The notes under the pieces are model-generated. The model saw nothing but the letters and a program-made list of their open reading frames with translations. It did not search any database and had not been told where the DNA came from. A stretch of 37,264 nucleotides of DNA, from positions 1 to 37,264 of the IMG/VR virus record IMGVR_UViG_2778261068_000007. One strand, 5' to 3'. Source of the DNA: a virus (Duplodnaviria; Heunggongvirae; Uroviricota; Caudoviricetes). Positions 16,976 through 26,721 of the stretch are shown one piece after another; positions within the stretch are counted from its first letter, which is position 1, and every line of letters begins with the position of its first letter. Position numbers and translations under genes: made by a program.

Positions 16976-17175
16976 TGAAAGTGAAGGCACTGGCAGGCGA
17001 CACCGTGGATTCGCTCTGTTTCCGGTACTACGGCACGACGCAGGGCGTCACCGAAAAGGTGCTGGATGCCAACCCAGGACTCTGTCAGCAGGTATTTCTG
17101 AACGCCGGGCAGGAAGTGGAGATGCCGGAGCCGGAGAAGAAGAAACGAGAAATGATTCAGTTGTGGGGAGAGTAG
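16975..17175 (+). CDS. X: Tail protein X (LysM-like), P2 gpX-like
   Basis: KALAGDTVDSLCFRYYGTTQGVTEKVLDANPGL parallels remembered gpX (FALQGDTLDAICVRYYGRTEGVVETVLAANPGL); ATG overlaps the L stop. Confidence 0.8.
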   Translation: MKVKALAGDTVDSLCFRYYGTTQGVTEKVLDANPGLCQQVFLNAGQEVEMPEPEKKKREMIQLWGE

Positions 17176-17177
17176 CG

Positions 17178-17501
17178 GTGAGCACCATTCAAACAGGGAT
17201 CACAGAGCAGGTTATTGCGTGGCTCTTTGACCACCTGCCAACGGTGTATGCAGTAGGCGCGGCGGTCAGCATTTCCGCGCTGATGAGTCTTTATGACGGA
17301 CGAACACTGGTTCAGACCGTAACGGGATCGCTGGCGTGCGGCGTTCTTGCCATGGCCGTGGCCGGGTCGTTGCGCTTCTTCGGGTTTCCTGAAGATGCCG
17401 TGACGTTTATCGGCGCATCAATCGGTTTTATGGGTGCAGAGAAAGCACGCGACAAGGTTATTGCGGCCTTTAATCGCAGGGTGAAGGAGAAGGACGAATG
17501 A
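17178..17501 (+). CDS. Putative holin
   Basis: GTG start after RBS ggggagag; hydrophobic segments WLFDHLPTVYAVGAAVSISALMSL and LACGVLAMAVAGSL; directly upstream of the endolysin with ATGA overlap. Confidence 0.55.
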   Translation: MSTIQTGITEQVIAWLFDHLPTVYAVGAAVSISALMSLYDGRTLVQTVTGSLACGVLAMAVAGSLRFFGFPEDAVTFIGASIGFMGAEKARDKVIAAFNRRVKEKDE

Positions 17502-17890
17502 GCAACACATTTAAATTCAGCAGCCGGAGCGAAAAGAATTTGCAGGGTGTAAATCCTGATCTGGTGAAAGTGACCCGACGGGCACTGGAAATCTCGGAAG
17601 TGGATTTTGGTATCACCGAAGGATTGCGCAGCCGTTACCGCCAGAAGCAACTTGTGGCCACGGGTAAGAGCCAGACCATGAACAGCCGCCACCTTACGGG
17701 GCATGCTGTGGATGTTGTGGCTTATATCGGCAGCCAGGTGTCATGGGAATGGCCGCTGTACGAAAAAATCGCAGCAGCATTCAGACAGGCCAGCCGGGAA
17801 CTGAATATTCCGGTGGAATGGGGCGGCGACTGGAAGACCCTGAAAGACGGACCGCATTTTCAGTTACCACACGGAGCCTATCCGGCATGA
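17498..17890 (+). CDS. Endolysin, zinc peptidase M15-type
   Basis: SRHLTGHAVDV ... DGPHFQL pattern typical of M15/VanY-like peptidases; occupies the position of the P2 K lysozyme. Confidence 0.7.
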   Translation: MSNTFKFSSRSEKNLQGVNPDLVKVTRRALEISEVDFGITEGLRSRYRQKQLVATGKSQTMNSRHLTGHAVDVVAYIGSQVSWEWPLYEKIAAAFRQASRELNIPVEWGGDWKTLKDGPHFQLPHGAYPA

Positions 17891-18294
17891 AGCTCTGGCC
17901 CACGCTGGGTGTCGCTTTCCTTCTGATTGCCGCATGGGGAGCATCCATGCGTCTGTCGTGGTCGCTGGGCCGGGAGAACGCCAGAAACGAAGCGCAGGCC
18001 AGCACCCTGAGAAGTACCGTCGACACCATGAATATCATCAGCGCCGGGGTACAGGATCTGCAGCAGGTGCTGGCACAACTCCGCGCGGAAAATCAGCAAC
18101 GCAATCAGGACGGAGAGGCCAGACGTGAACAACTACGCAACGATATTGCAAAAGACGCATGCGCCCACGCTTTGCCTGACGCTCGTTTTACTGACAGGTT
18201 GCGCAGACACGCAGAACGCGCCACTGCCAGCGCCGTCAGTCCGGCTTATACCGCAGACGCTGACCATACCGGTAACGCCTCCCCCCTTCCCTGA
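17887..18294 (+). CDS. Rz-like i-spanin (LysB-like)
   Basis: Start ATG 17887 overlaps the endolysin stop; N-terminal membrane anchor MKLWPTLGVAFLLIAAWGA then coiled-coil-like region. Confidence 0.55.
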   Translation: MKLWPTLGVAFLLIAAWGASMRLSWSLGRENARNEAQASTLRSTVDTMNIISAGVQDLQQVLAQLRAENQQRNQDGEARREQLRNDIAKDACAHALPDARFTDRLRRHAERATASAVSPAYTADADHTGNASPLP

Positions 18295-18445
18295 CACTCC
18301 CACATGGGGAAACCTCGGGATATGGGGCGACCGCCTTCTGGATGCACTGGAAACCTGTAACGCGGATAAACGGGCCATTGAATTACTGGAGCAGCGCAGA
18401 CTGCAACGACTGAACAATGAGGACAACAGCCATGCTGAAAACTGA
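18125..18445 (+). CDS. Rz1-like o-spanin lipoprotein (LysC-like)
   Basis: Embedded in and extending beyond the i-spanin gene in another frame; lipobox LLTGC then Pro-rich region; exact start unclear (GTG at 18125). Confidence 0.5.
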   Translation: MNNYATILQKTHAPTLCLTLVLLTGCADTQNAPLPAPSVRLIPQTLTIPVTPPPFPDTPTWGNLGIWGDRLLDALETCNADKRAIELLEQRRLQRLNNEDNSHAEN

Positions 18446-18899
18446 TTCCCTGCGTGAAGCCATGACCCGTTCATGTCGATGGTGTCACGCCAACCCGGAG
18501 AAATTCACCATTTTCGTGGAGAGCGGCAACATTGAAACGACCGGAGAAACTCCCTCGTTTGCTTACCGCTATCAGATGGTGATGTTTGTCATGGATTACG
18601 CCGGGGAGCTGGACGACCTGACGCTGCCGCTGCTGGCGTGGTTGTCGGAGAATCAGCCGCAGTTGTTGCTCAACCCTGAGCGTAATCAGGACATCAAATT
18701 TTCTGCCGTTATTAATGACGATGACAGCGCCGACATCCTGTTTACACTGCCCCTGCGGGAGCGCGTTCGCGTCACGCGCAGCAGTCAGGGGACACCGCAG
18801 GCAGAACACCTGCCGGAGCCAAAACCCCGTCTGCCCTCTTCCGAAGGCGACTGGTCGCATGTATTCCAGGATGTGACGTGGGGTGAAAGCGATGGATAA
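18432..18899 (+). CDS. R: Tail completion protein, P2 gpR-like
   Basis: MLKTDSLREAMT...IFVESGNI...PLLAWLSENQP parallels remembered gpR (MLKPDSLRRALT...IFVDNGSI...PVLAWLRENQP). Confidence 0.85.
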   Translation: MLKTDSLREAMTRSCRWCHANPEKFTIFVESGNIETTGETPSFAYRYQMVMFVMDYAGELDDLTLPLLAWLSENQPQLLLNPERNQDIKFSAVINDDDSADILFTLPLRERVRVTRSSQGTPQAEHLPEPKPRLPSSEGDWSHVFQDVTWGESDG

Positions 18900-19527
18900 G
18901 GCATTCACCCGCGTGGATGAAACCTTTGAGGCCATCCGCGACAGCCTGAATCAGCAGGCCATCAATAACATCGCCAGAAAGCTGGCACAGGATTTACGCC
19001 GCGCCCAGCAGGCGCGCATCCGGTCACAGAAAGCGCCGGACGGGACCGCATGGACACCACGCAGACGCCGCGTAACCCGGATACAGGAGCGCATTCGCTT
19101 TATCTGGAATAACGAAGTACGCACGCTGAAAAACTGGCATCACGACACGGGGAAATACGGGCGAACCATCACCGGGTGGGATGAGGATAAAAACAGCATC
19201 CGCACGTTTTACCGGGATGACATCGACCGTTTTCTGGAAATACGCACCCGGCGCATCAACCAGGACAGCACAAAGCGCGTCCCCATGTTCGTAAAACTGC
19301 GCACCGCCCGCTACCTGAAAGCCCGTGCAGATGCTTCCGGTGTGACGGTGGGTTACAGCGGCGTGGCCGCACGTATTGCACGCGTTCATCAGTTCGGTGA
19401 ACGCGATCAGGTTGCGCCGGGCATTTTCACCGATTACCCGGTACGTGAGCTGTTGGGTATCAGCCAGGCAGATGAGCGCCTGATTTATAACACGGTACTG
19501 GGCCGGATTGCGGAGGCTGTACGGTGA
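18892..19527 (+). CDS. S: Tail completion / virion morphogenesis protein, P2 gpS-like
   Basis: Positional homologue between R and V; ATG 18892 overlaps the R stop; longer than remembered P2 S. Confidence 0.7.
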   Translation: MDKAFTRVDETFEAIRDSLNQQAINNIARKLAQDLRRAQQARIRSQKAPDGTAWTPRRRRVTRIQERIRFIWNNEVRTLKNWHHDTGKYGRTITGWDEDKNSIRTFYRDDIDRFLEIRTRRINQDSTKRVPMFVKLRTARYLKARADASGVTVGYSGVAARIARVHQFGERDQVAPGIFTDYPVRELLGISQADERLIYNTVLGRIAEAVR

Positions 19528-20105
19528 GCGCAGAACTCATGCGGCTACTGAGCAACATCATCCGCACCGGGATCATCTCTGAAATTGATGAGGAATCCTG
19601 GCGCGTTCGCGTTCGCAGCGGCGAACTGGAAACAGGCTGGTTGCGCTGGAACACCACGCGCGCGGGAGCCTTCAATGTGTGGCTGCCGCCATCAGTGGGC
19701 GAACAGGTGGTAATTGCCTGCATCGGCGGCAACCCGGAAACCGCCATGATAATTGGCAGCCTGTGGAGTGATGCCAATCCGGCCCCCGGCAAAAGCCTGA
19801 AAGAAATCGTGGTCAGCGCGCCGGATGGCGCGGTGTTCCGCTACGACGCGGACGCAGGCGCACTGAGCGCCAGCGGCATGAAAACGGCCACCCTGCAGGC
19901 ATCCGTCAGCGTGAAACTGGACACGCCCGTCGTGGAGTGCACAAACCTTCTGAAAACAGCCGAGATTGACGTCACAAAAGGGGGAAAGATGAGCGGCAAT
20001 ATCACGCACAGCGGCGGCAATTTCACCTCAAACGGCATCACTGTGCATACGCATAAACACGGTGGCGTTAAAGGTGGCAGCGATTCAACAGGAGGCCCGC
20101 AGTGA
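19524..20105 (+). CDS. V: Baseplate spike protein, P2 gpV-like
   Basis: IRTGII, WLRW, APSVGEQV, FPDGAV, TPVVECTN, KGGKMSGNITHSGG and VHTHKH blocks match remembered gpV; GTG start overlapping the S stop. Confidence 0.85.
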   Translation: MSAELMRLLSNIIRTGIISEIDEESWRVRVRSGELETGWLRWNTTRAGAFNVWLPPSVGEQVVIACIGGNPETAMIIGSLWSDANPAPGKSLKEIVVSAPDGAVFRYDADAGALSASGMKTATLQASVSVKLDTPVVECTNLLKTAEIDVTKGGKMSGNITHSGGNFTSNGITVHTHKHGGVKGGSDSTGGPQ

Positions 20106-20452
20106 CAACCCGCTACACAGGAATGAACCCGGACGGGACGGGAAACCTGAACGATATGGAGCACCTGAAACAGTCAGTCAGGGACATCCTGACCACTCCG
20201 CTGGCAAGCCGGGTTATGCGACGAGAATATGGCAGTCTTGTCCCTGATTTGATTGACGAACCCATGAATAACACTACGCGTCTGCAATGCATGAGCGCTG
20301 CTGTGATTGCACTGACACGATGGGAGCCACGCATTGCCCTGAACGCCATTGATGTTGTCTGGAAGGCGGGAGGCCGCGCCGGGGTGACACTATCGGGTAC
20401 TGTCATTCAGACCATGCAGAATGTTGAATTAACCATCACGCTGAGGGAATAA
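20102..20452 (+). CDS. W: Baseplate wedge protein, P2 gpW-like
   Basis: MTTRYTGMN...SRVMRREYGSL...WEPR parallels remembered gpW (MTARYLGMN...SRVMRRDYGSL...WEPR). Confidence 0.85.
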   Translation: MTTRYTGMNPDGTGNLNDMEHLKQSVRDILTTPLASRVMRREYGSLVPDLIDEPMNNTTRLQCMSAAVIALTRWEPRIALNAIDVVWKAGGRAGVTLSGTVIQTMQNVELTITLRE

Positions 20453-20455
20453 ATC

Positions 20456-21352
20456 ATGCCTGCCGTTGACCTTTCACAGTTACCGGAACCCGCCATCATC
20501 GCGGAGCCTGATTTTGAGGCAATTCTGGCTGATACAAAGGGCATGATGATTGCGGCTTATCCGGCCGAACAGCGCGCCGCCGTCTCCGCAGCGCTGGAGC
20601 TGGAATCGGAACCCCTGAACGTTATCGCCCAGACAACAGCATTTCGTGAAATGCTGTTACGCCAGCGGGTCAACGAGGGCGCACGCGCCTGCATGTTAAG
20701 CCACAGCGCCGGGACAGACCTGGACAACCTCGCAGGTAATATGAACACAAAGCGCCTGGTTATCACTCCGGCAACGGATACCACCGACGCGGTGATGGAA
20801 AGCGACACCTCGCTGAGACTGCGGGCGCAGCGGGCGTACGACGGGCTGAGCGTTGCTGGCCCGTCAGGTGCATACGAGTATTTTGCCCGCAGTGCCAGCG
20901 GTCTGGTGCGTGATGCGCGGGCTATCAGTCCCTCTCCGGCAAATGTGACGGTTTCCATCCTGTCCACTGAAGGCGACGGCACAGCAACGGAGGCATTGCT
21001 CAATACCGTTCGCACTGCTCTGAACGCGGAGGACACTCGCCCGGTGGCCGACCGCCTGACCGTACAGAGCGCCAGAATCGTGACATGGCGGCTGAATGCA
21101 AAACTGTACTTTTACCCCGGCCCGGAATCCGAACCTATTCTGGCCGCGGCGGAATCGTCATTCAGGAAGTGGCTGGCTGAACAGGGGCTTATCGGTCAGG
21201 ACGTGGCGTTGTCCGCCATTGCTGCCGCACTGCATGTGCACGGTGTGCAACGCGTGGAGATAATCGAACCCACACAGAATCTGGCCATCAGCGACATACA
21301 GGCGGCGCGTTGTGAGTCATTCACCATCAGCGAAGGTGGGCGCAATGAGTAA
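20456..21352 (+). CDS. J: Baseplate protein, P2 gpJ-like
   Basis: 298 aa (P2 J about 302 aa), conserved W-J-I-H order. Confidence 0.85.
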   Translation: MPAVDLSQLPEPAIIAEPDFEAILADTKGMMIAAYPAEQRAAVSAALELESEPLNVIAQTTAFREMLLRQRVNEGARACMLSHSAGTDLDNLAGNMNTKRLVITPATDTTDAVMESDTSLRLRAQRAYDGLSVAGPSGAYEYFARSASGLVRDARAISPSPANVTVSILSTEGDGTATEALLNTVRTALNAEDTRPVADRLTVQSARIVTWRLNAKLYFYPGPESEPILAAAESSFRKWLAEQGLIGQDVALSAIAAALHVHGVQRVEIIEPTQNLAISDIQAARCESFTISEGGRNE

Positions 21353-21875
21353 TTCGTTGTTACCACCATCAGCCAGCAATTTCATGCGTTGTGCCGAAGC
21401 CGTCGGAACGCGCATTACAGACATTCCGGTAGACCTCAACACGCTGTGGTCGCCGGACACATGCCCGGTGCATCTGCTGCCTTATCTCGCCTGGGCGTTT
21501 TCCGTTGACCGCTGGGACCGCAACTGGCCGGAGGAAACAAAGCGCCAGGTGATTCGCGATGCGTGGCTGATACACCGACACAAGGGGACCATCAGCGCAC
21601 TGCGCCGGGCCATTGAGCCGCTGGGATACCTCATTCGCGTGTCTGAGTGGTGGGAGTTCGGCGGAGAACCGGGAACATTTACCGTTGAAGTCGGCACGCT
21701 GGACAGCGGTGTGACGGAGGAAATGTATCTGGAAATGGAGCGGTTGATTGCTGATGCCCGCCCGGTCAGCCGCCACATGACAGGGCTGAATATCATTCAG
21801 GAAATCCCGGGGGATATTTTCGCAGCGGCGGCAACTTATGACGGTGAAGTTATTACCATTTATCCAGGCGATTAA
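21345..21875 (+). CDS. I: Baseplate protein, P2 gpI-like
   Basis: Start ATG 21345 overlapping the J stop; about 176 aa. Confidence 0.8.
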   Translation: MSNSLLPPSASNFMRCAEAVGTRITDIPVDLNTLWSPDTCPVHLLPYLAWAFSVDRWDRNWPEETKRQVIRDAWLIHRHKGTISALRRAIEPLGYLIRVSEWWEFGGEPGTFTVEVGTLDSGVTEEMYLEMERLIADARPVSRHMTGLNIIQEIPGDIFAAAATYDGEVITIYPGD

Positions 21876-21877
21876 GC

Positions 21878-24103
21878 ATGAGCACCACAACACGAAAATT
21901 TAAAACCGTTATCACCGATACGGGTGCAAAAAAATTAGCACAGGCAGCCGCACCAGATGGCAAACCCGTCCGCCTGACACATATGGCCGTGGGTGACGGC
22001 GGCGGTACTTTACCCACGCCAGACAGTAAGCAGACCCGTCTCGTGCATGAGGTGTGGCGACATACCGTTAATCGCGTCTTCCTGGACGCAACACATCAGA
22101 ACCGCATTATTGCGGAGCTGGTTATTCCTCCAGAAACGGGCGGATTCTGGATCCGGGAAATTGGTGTGTTTGATGAGCACGGCGATTTAATCGCGGTGGG
22201 CAATACTGCCGAAAGTTACAAGCCAGCCGTTGCCGAAGGGTCCGGGCGTGCGCAAACATTTCGCACCATCCTGACCGTATCCAGCACGGCCACCGTGGCG
22301 CTTACCGTGGATAACACCATGGTGATGGCCACAGTGGATTACGTGGATGACAAACTAAAAGAGCATGAACAGTCACGACGTCACCCGGATGCCTCGCTGA
22401 CCGCAAAAGGCTTTACTCAGTTAAGCAGTGCGACCAACAGCACGTCTGAAGCACTGGCCGCAACGCCGAAAGCGGTAAAGGCTGCATATGACCTTGCTAA
22501 CAGGAAATATACCGCACAGGATGCCACCACAGAGCAAAAAGGCCTTGTCCAGCTCAGTAGCGCCACTAACAGCGTGTCTGAAACGATGGCGGCAACGCCG
22601 AAAGCGGTAAAGGCCGCCTATGACCTTGCTAACGGGAAATATACTGCACAGGACGCCACCACAGCGCGAAAAGGCCTTGTCCAGCTCAGTAGTGCAACCA
22701 ACAGCCCGTCTGAAACGCTGGCTGCGACGCCAAAAGCTGTTAAGACGGTAATGGATGAAACGAACAAGAAAGCGCCGCTGTCGAGTCCGGCACTCACCGG
22801 AACGCCAACCGCACCAACTGCGCCAAAGGGTACTAACAATACTCAGATAGCAAACACGGCGTTCGTTATGGCCGCGATTGCCGCACTTGTAGACTCATCA
22901 CCTGACGCACTGAATACGCTGAACGAGCTGGCTGCGGCACTGGGCAATGACCCGAACTTTGCGACCACTATGACCAACGCGCTTGCGGGCAAGCAGCCGA
23001 AAGACGCCACCCTGACGGCGCTGGCCGGGCTTGCTACTGCGGCAGACAGGTTTCCGTATTTTACAGGGAATGACACCGCCAGCCTGGCAACTCTGACAAA
23101 AGTCGGGCGGGATATTCTGGCTAAAGCGACCGTTGCCGCCGTTATCGAATACCTCGGTTTGCAGGAAACGGTAGAGTTAGCGGCAGGGGCGGTACCAGCA
23201 ACACGCAAAGTAAACGGGCGTGCGTTAACCAGTGATATAAATGTTACTTCGCAGGATATTTTTAATGGGCAGAGCATTTCTATTGGTGCTAATCAAAACT
23301 TAAATGATTATATGACTCCTGGTCTGTATCATCAGTCGCTCAACGTTAATACAAGCTCTGCATTAAACTACCCGGAGAATGGCGCCGGAAATTTAATTGT
23401 GTTAAAAAATGCTGGCGTAAAACAAATTTATCATGTGTATAACTCCTCAAGAGTGTGGTCACGTAGCAAATATTCATCAGAACCATGGACACCGTGGGCA
23501 CGAGAATATAATTCACAAAGCAAACCGACCCCGGCAGAGCTCGCAGTATTGGCATTAGCTGGCGGTAGCATGTCAGGGAGTATTAAATTTATAAATGATG
23601 CCTTCCTGATTTGGGAAAGGAACACCGACTGGGCGAAAATCGGATTTAAAAATGATTCAGATTCCGATACTGACTCATACCTGTGGTTTGAAACTGGTGA
23701 TAATGGCAATGAATATTTCAAATGGCGTATCAGGGCTGGAAGCGCAACAAAAGACTTGATGTTTTTGAAGTCTGATGCGCTCAGAGTCACTGGTCAGGTT
23801 ATACCATCTAATTACGGTAATTTTGATTCCCGTTATCAGGCTAAAAATACCGCGTCCAAAGCGGCGAATGGCTGGCATAAAGATGCCTCTACGGGAGTTA
23901 TTACACAGTGGGGATATATTTCTAACGCTGGAGCGGGATTAACATTTCCGGTGGCTTTTCCATCCGCCTGCGCAAGCATAACAATTACTAACGCACACGG
24001 GCGATTTGACTACAGTATTGCTGTTAACTCACTATCCAGAACCGGGGCAAAATTTAACAGTGAAGGTAATGGCAATATGTACTGGACAGCTATAGGTTAC
24101 TAA
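21878..24103 (+). CDS. H: Tail fibre protein, P2 gpH-like, with invertible C-terminal variable part
   Basis: 741 aa; conserved N-terminal region, internal 43-aa tandem repeats, AT-rich C-terminal third beginning at the gix-like crossover site (23142-23167). Confidence 0.9.
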   Translation: MSTTTRKFKTVITDTGAKKLAQAAAPDGKPVRLTHMAVGDGGGTLPTPDSKQTRLVHEVWRHTVNRVFLDATHQNRIIAELVIPPETGGFWIREIGVFDEHGDLIAVGNTAESYKPAVAEGSGRAQTFRTILTVSSTATVALTVDNTMVMATVDYVDDKLKEHEQSRRHPDASLTAKGFTQLSSATNSTSEALAATPKAVKAAYDLANRKYTAQDATTEQKGLVQLSSATNSVSETMAATPKAVKAAYDLANGKYTAQDATTARKGLVQLSSATNSPSETLAATPKAVKTVMDETNKKAPLSSPALTGTPTAPTAPKGTNNTQIANTAFVMAAIAALVDSSPDALNTLNELAAALGNDPNFATTMTNALAGKQPKDATLTALAGLATAADRFPYFTGNDTASLATLTKVGRDILAKATVAAVIEYLGLQETVELAAGAVPATRKVNGRALTSDINVTSQDIFNGQSISIGANQNLNDYMTPGLYHQSLNVNTSSALNYPENGAGNLIVLKNAGVKQIYHVYNSSRVWSRSKYSSEPWTPWAREYNSQSKPTPAELAVLALAGGSMSGSIKFINDAFLIWERNTDWAKIGFKNDSDSDTDSYLWFETGDNGNEYFKWRIRAGSATKDLMFLKSDALRVTGQVIPSNYGNFDSRYQAKNTASKAANGWHKDASTGVITQWGYISNAGAGLTFPVAFPSACASITITNAHGRFDYSIAVNSLSRTGAKFNSEGNGNMYWTAIGY
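22409..22760 (+). repeat. About 2.7 tandem copies of a 129-bp repeat inside the tail fibre gene
   Basis: Encodes [44 protein letters not shown] three times; DNA copies nearly identical. Confidence 0.6.
23142..23167. repeat. Left gix/hix-like inversion crossover site
   Basis: ttatcgaatacctcggtttgcaggaa; inverted match to the 26020-26045 site and similar to remembered Mu gix (TTCCTGTAAACCGAGGTTTTGGATAA). Confidence 0.7.
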
Positions 24104-24104
24104 T

Positions 24105-24518
24105 ATGACGATTTATTACAGCCCATCAACGAAAGGTTTTTACGACGATAAATTAAAAAACGACTACCAGAATAATGACTCATGGCCAGAAGACCTTACT
24201 GAAATATCAGAGCGATGGTATAACTATCTTTTGCAAAAGCAGTCAGAAGGAAAAACCATCAATATCAATGAATATGGTCAGCCAGTAGTTACGGAACCAG
24301 AGCCGCCAACTCAGGAAGAGTTAACAGGACAAGCAGAGAGGCAAAAATCTAAACTTCTGGCGGAAGCGGAATCTTTTATATTACCACTGGAGCGAGCCGT
24401 AAAACTGGGGATGGCTACTGATGCTGAGCGAGAAATGCTGGAGTCGTGGGAGCGTTACAGCGTTCTGCTCAGCCGCGTGGATACGGCAAATCCAGAATGG
24501 CCACAAAAGCCTGAATAA
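24105..24518 (+). CDS. G: Tail fibre assembly chaperone, P2 gpG-like
   Basis: 137 aa directly downstream of H; inside the invertible segment. Confidence 0.8.
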   Translation: MTIYYSPSTKGFYDDKLKNDYQNNDSWPEDLTEISERWYNYLLQKQSEGKTININEYGQPVVTEPEPPTQEELTGQAERQKSKLLAEAESFILPLERAVKLGMATDAEREMLESWERYSVLLSRVDTANPEWPQKPE

Positions 24519-24523
24519 AAAAT

Positions 24524-24541
24524 AAGGCCCGAACGGGCCTT
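24524..24541. terminator. Bidirectional terminator hairpin between the convergent chaperone genes
   Basis: aaggccc-gaac-gggcctt between the G stop (24518) and the opposite-strand stop (24545), flanked by A/T runs. Confidence 0.6.
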
Positions 24542-24544
24542 CTC

Positions 24545-25078
24545 TCATTCTGGTTGTTCGGGGAACGTGACTGGCAGGACGGAGGTATCCGTAGACTCTA
24601 CTTTCTGCGCGTAGAGCAGCCACTCGGTCAATTTTTGTTTATTCTCAGCAGAAATAATTCCAAGTCGTAGCTGAGAATCCCATAGCTGAGTTTTATCCCT
24701 GACGAGTTGTAACAGGTTTTGCTTCTCATTTTCCGCCTGTTGTCTCTGTTCTTCTTCGGTATATTCCCGCTTTATCACTGCGCCATCTTTGAACATCCAG
24801 TTACCAGAAATATCGACCCGCCTATTGGCTGTAATATCAGGAACCTCAACAACGCTTAAACCTTCGGGATTAATTGTTGATACATCCTTATCTACAGCCA
24901 CAATGATTCCATCGGCAGTGTAAGCAAATTTTATTGTATCTTCCTGAAAGTTTTTCTGTTCTTCATACCAGTTCTTACCGTCTTCCGACCACAACCAGAC
25001 AACACCGAACTGTCGTGTTAATTCATATTGTTCAACGGTTTTTGGATTTCCCGACTTGATGTTTTTTAAATGCATCAT
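24545..25078 (-). CDS. Alternative tail fibre assembly chaperone
   Basis: 177-aa ORF on the opposite strand inside the invertible segment, mirroring G. Confidence 0.75.
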   Translation of the reverse strand: MMHLKNIKSGNPKTVEQYELTRQFGVVWLWSEDGKNWYEEQKNFQEDTIKFAYTADGIIVAVDKDVSTINPEGLSVVEVPDITANRRVDISGNWMFKDGAVIKREYTEEEQRQQAENEKQNLLQLVRDKTQLWDSQLRLGIISAENKQKLTEWLLYAQKVESTDTSVLPVTFPEQPE

Positions 25079-25080
25079 AA

Positions 25081-26070
25081 TTAAATACTTCCCGCATTAT
25101 ACCAGGTGCCATTGATACAATATTGCACTGGCCTTGCCTGTGTTGTATCAATAATTTCATCTTTGTTTGAGTTAACGGAACCTGTAACAACGTAACCAGA
25201 TTTATCGCCCCAGCCAGGACCATTCCATGTTTGCGCTGATGATTTTGTACCTAATCGGATACCTGTAATAAACCGCGTATTACATTCCGCTTTAGTATAT
25301 GCCCCAACATCTGCCGCTGATGGTTTTCGGGTTGTGGTGTAAAACTCTGACCAGTCAGCCTCGAAGCCATAACCATCACGCGCTGAACGATAATAAATAC
25401 CGCCGTTCTTATAATTTACGCGGAACTGAACAGCAGGGCAGCTACCCGCGTTCATATTGAAATGAAGAATTAATGTTGATGCACCTTTTAGGTCTGCATC
25501 ATAAACACCGCTATTCCAGTTCCAGCCAACAGCTTTATCATTTGCAACCCTACTGCCTGTTATCCCTAAAGCAAAAGCAGCCTGCTGATTTTTCGTGTTG
25601 TAGTCACGTCGCCAGCCAGGTAAATACTCTGAACCGTGGTTAATATATATAAATTGTGCATTAGTGGTGCCACCACCGCTAGAGGTACTCGGTGTGGTTA
25701 TACGAATGGTCATGGCGCCTTTATTGCCCATAACTTCAATAACGCAACCCGCAAGGTGAATAAGTCCACATCCGGTGTCAGTAATAATTTTATTATTGCC
25801 GTATGACCAGGAGCATTTACACATCCAGTATGGATGATTGAAGGCCCATTGAGATTCCAGCCATTCAATAAATTGCGCCGTCGTCCAGTTTCCTGCACCT
25901 GTGCTAATAGAACCATGAAAAGAGCGGCAAGCACCTATTGTTTGCGTAAATTTATCTTTGTTTGGAATATCTGCGCCGTTCTGGTTTTTCTGCAACGCAC
26001 CAGAAGCCTGATTTACCGTTTCCTGCAAACCGAGGTTTTTGATAATGGTCGTTTCTGGCCCACATGGCAT
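25081..26070 (-). CDS. Alternative tail fibre C-terminal segment, currently promoterless
   Basis: ORF runs up to and across the right gix-like site; its crossover-encoded peptide NLGLQETV matches H (YLGLQETV); inversion would fuse it to the constant N-terminal part of H. The functional exon is probably 25081..about 26045. Confidence 0.7.
   Translation of the reverse strand: MPCGPETTIIKNLGLQETVNQASGALQKNQNGADIPNKDKFTQTIGACRSFHGSISTGAGNWTTAQFIEWLESQWAFNHPYWMCKCSWSYGNNKIITDTGCGLIHLAGCVIEVMGNKGAMTIRITTPSTSSGGGTTNAQFIYINHGSEYLPGWRRDYNTKNQQAAFALGITGSRVANDKAVGWNWNSGVYDADLKGASTLILHFNMNAGSCPAVQFRVNYKNGGIYYRSARDGYGFEADWSEFYTTTRKPSAADVGAYTKAECNTRFITGIRLGTKSSAQTWNGPGWGDKSGYVVTGSVNSNKDEIIDTTQARPVQYCINGTWYNAGSI
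26020..26045. repeat. Right gix/hix-like inversion crossover site
   Basis: ttcctgcaaaccgaggtttttgataa; its reverse complement differs from the left site at about 3 of 26 positions. Confidence 0.7.
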
Positions 26071-26099
26071 GATTTGTGCCTTTGAGCGGGAGATTCAAC

Positions 26100-26699
26100 G
26101 TGCTGATTGGCTATGTAAGGGTATCAACAAATGACCAGAACACGGATTTGCAACGCAATGCGCTCAATAGCGCAGGATGTGAACTGATTTTTGAAGATAA
26201 AATCAGCGGAACAAAGTCAGCCAGACCGGGATTGAAAAAACTGCTCAGAACACTGTCAGAAGGCGATACGCTGGTTGTCTGGAAACTGGACAGGCTGGGC
26301 AGAAGCATGAAACACCTGATCACACTGATTGAGGAATTACGGGAAAAAGGTGTCAATTTTCGTAGTCTGACGGACAGCATTGACACATCAACACCCATGG
26401 GGCGCTTCTTTTTTCACGTCATGGGGGCTTTAGCTGAAATGGAACGCGAACTGATAGTTGAACGTACCAGGGCAGGACTGGCAGCAGCCCGCGCACAGGG
26501 GCGCATTGGTGGGCGTCGCCCGAAACTGACAAAAGAGCAACATGAGCAAATAGCAAGGCTGATTAAAAACGGCCATGACAGAAAACAACTGGCCATAATT
26601 TACGGTATTGGTATATCGACGATTTATCGTTACCACCCCGCGGGAGAATCAACCGGAACAACAGAGAAGACCAGAGGAAACAAAAAACCGCTAATCTGA
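26100..26699 (+). CDS. Serine DNA invertase, Hin/Gin/Cin/Pin family
   Basis: LIGYVRVSTNDQNTDLQRNAL...LVVWKLDRLGRS...GRFFFHVMGALAEMERELIVERT...AAARAQGRIGGRRPKLT matches the remembered Hin sequence including the catalytic Ser region; GTG start 26100 with RBS gggag. Confidence 0.9.
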   Translation: MLIGYVRVSTNDQNTDLQRNALNSAGCELIFEDKISGTKSARPGLKKLLRTLSEGDTLVVWKLDRLGRSMKHLITLIEELREKGVNFRSLTDSIDTSTPMGRFFFHVMGALAEMERELIVERTRAGLAAARAQGRIGGRRPKLTKEQHEQIARLIKNGHDRKQLAIIYGIGISTIYRYHPAGESTGTTEKTRGNKKPLI

Positions 26700-26714
26700 T
26701 CATTAGCGGTTTTG
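26683..26714. terminator. Bidirectional terminator between invertase and gpU
   Basis: aaaccgctaat-ctgatc-attagcggttt perfect 11-bp stem with flanking A and T runs; invertase stop lies in the loop. Confidence 0.55.
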
Positions 26715-26721
26715 CATTAAA

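Larger units (their letters stand above)
23142..26045. mobile_element. Invertible tail-fibre host-range segment (G-segment-like, about 2.9 kb)
   Basis: Bounded by inverted 26-bp gix-like sites; holds two convergent sets of fibre C-terminus plus assembly chaperone; invertase gene immediately outside the right boundary. Confidence 0.7.
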
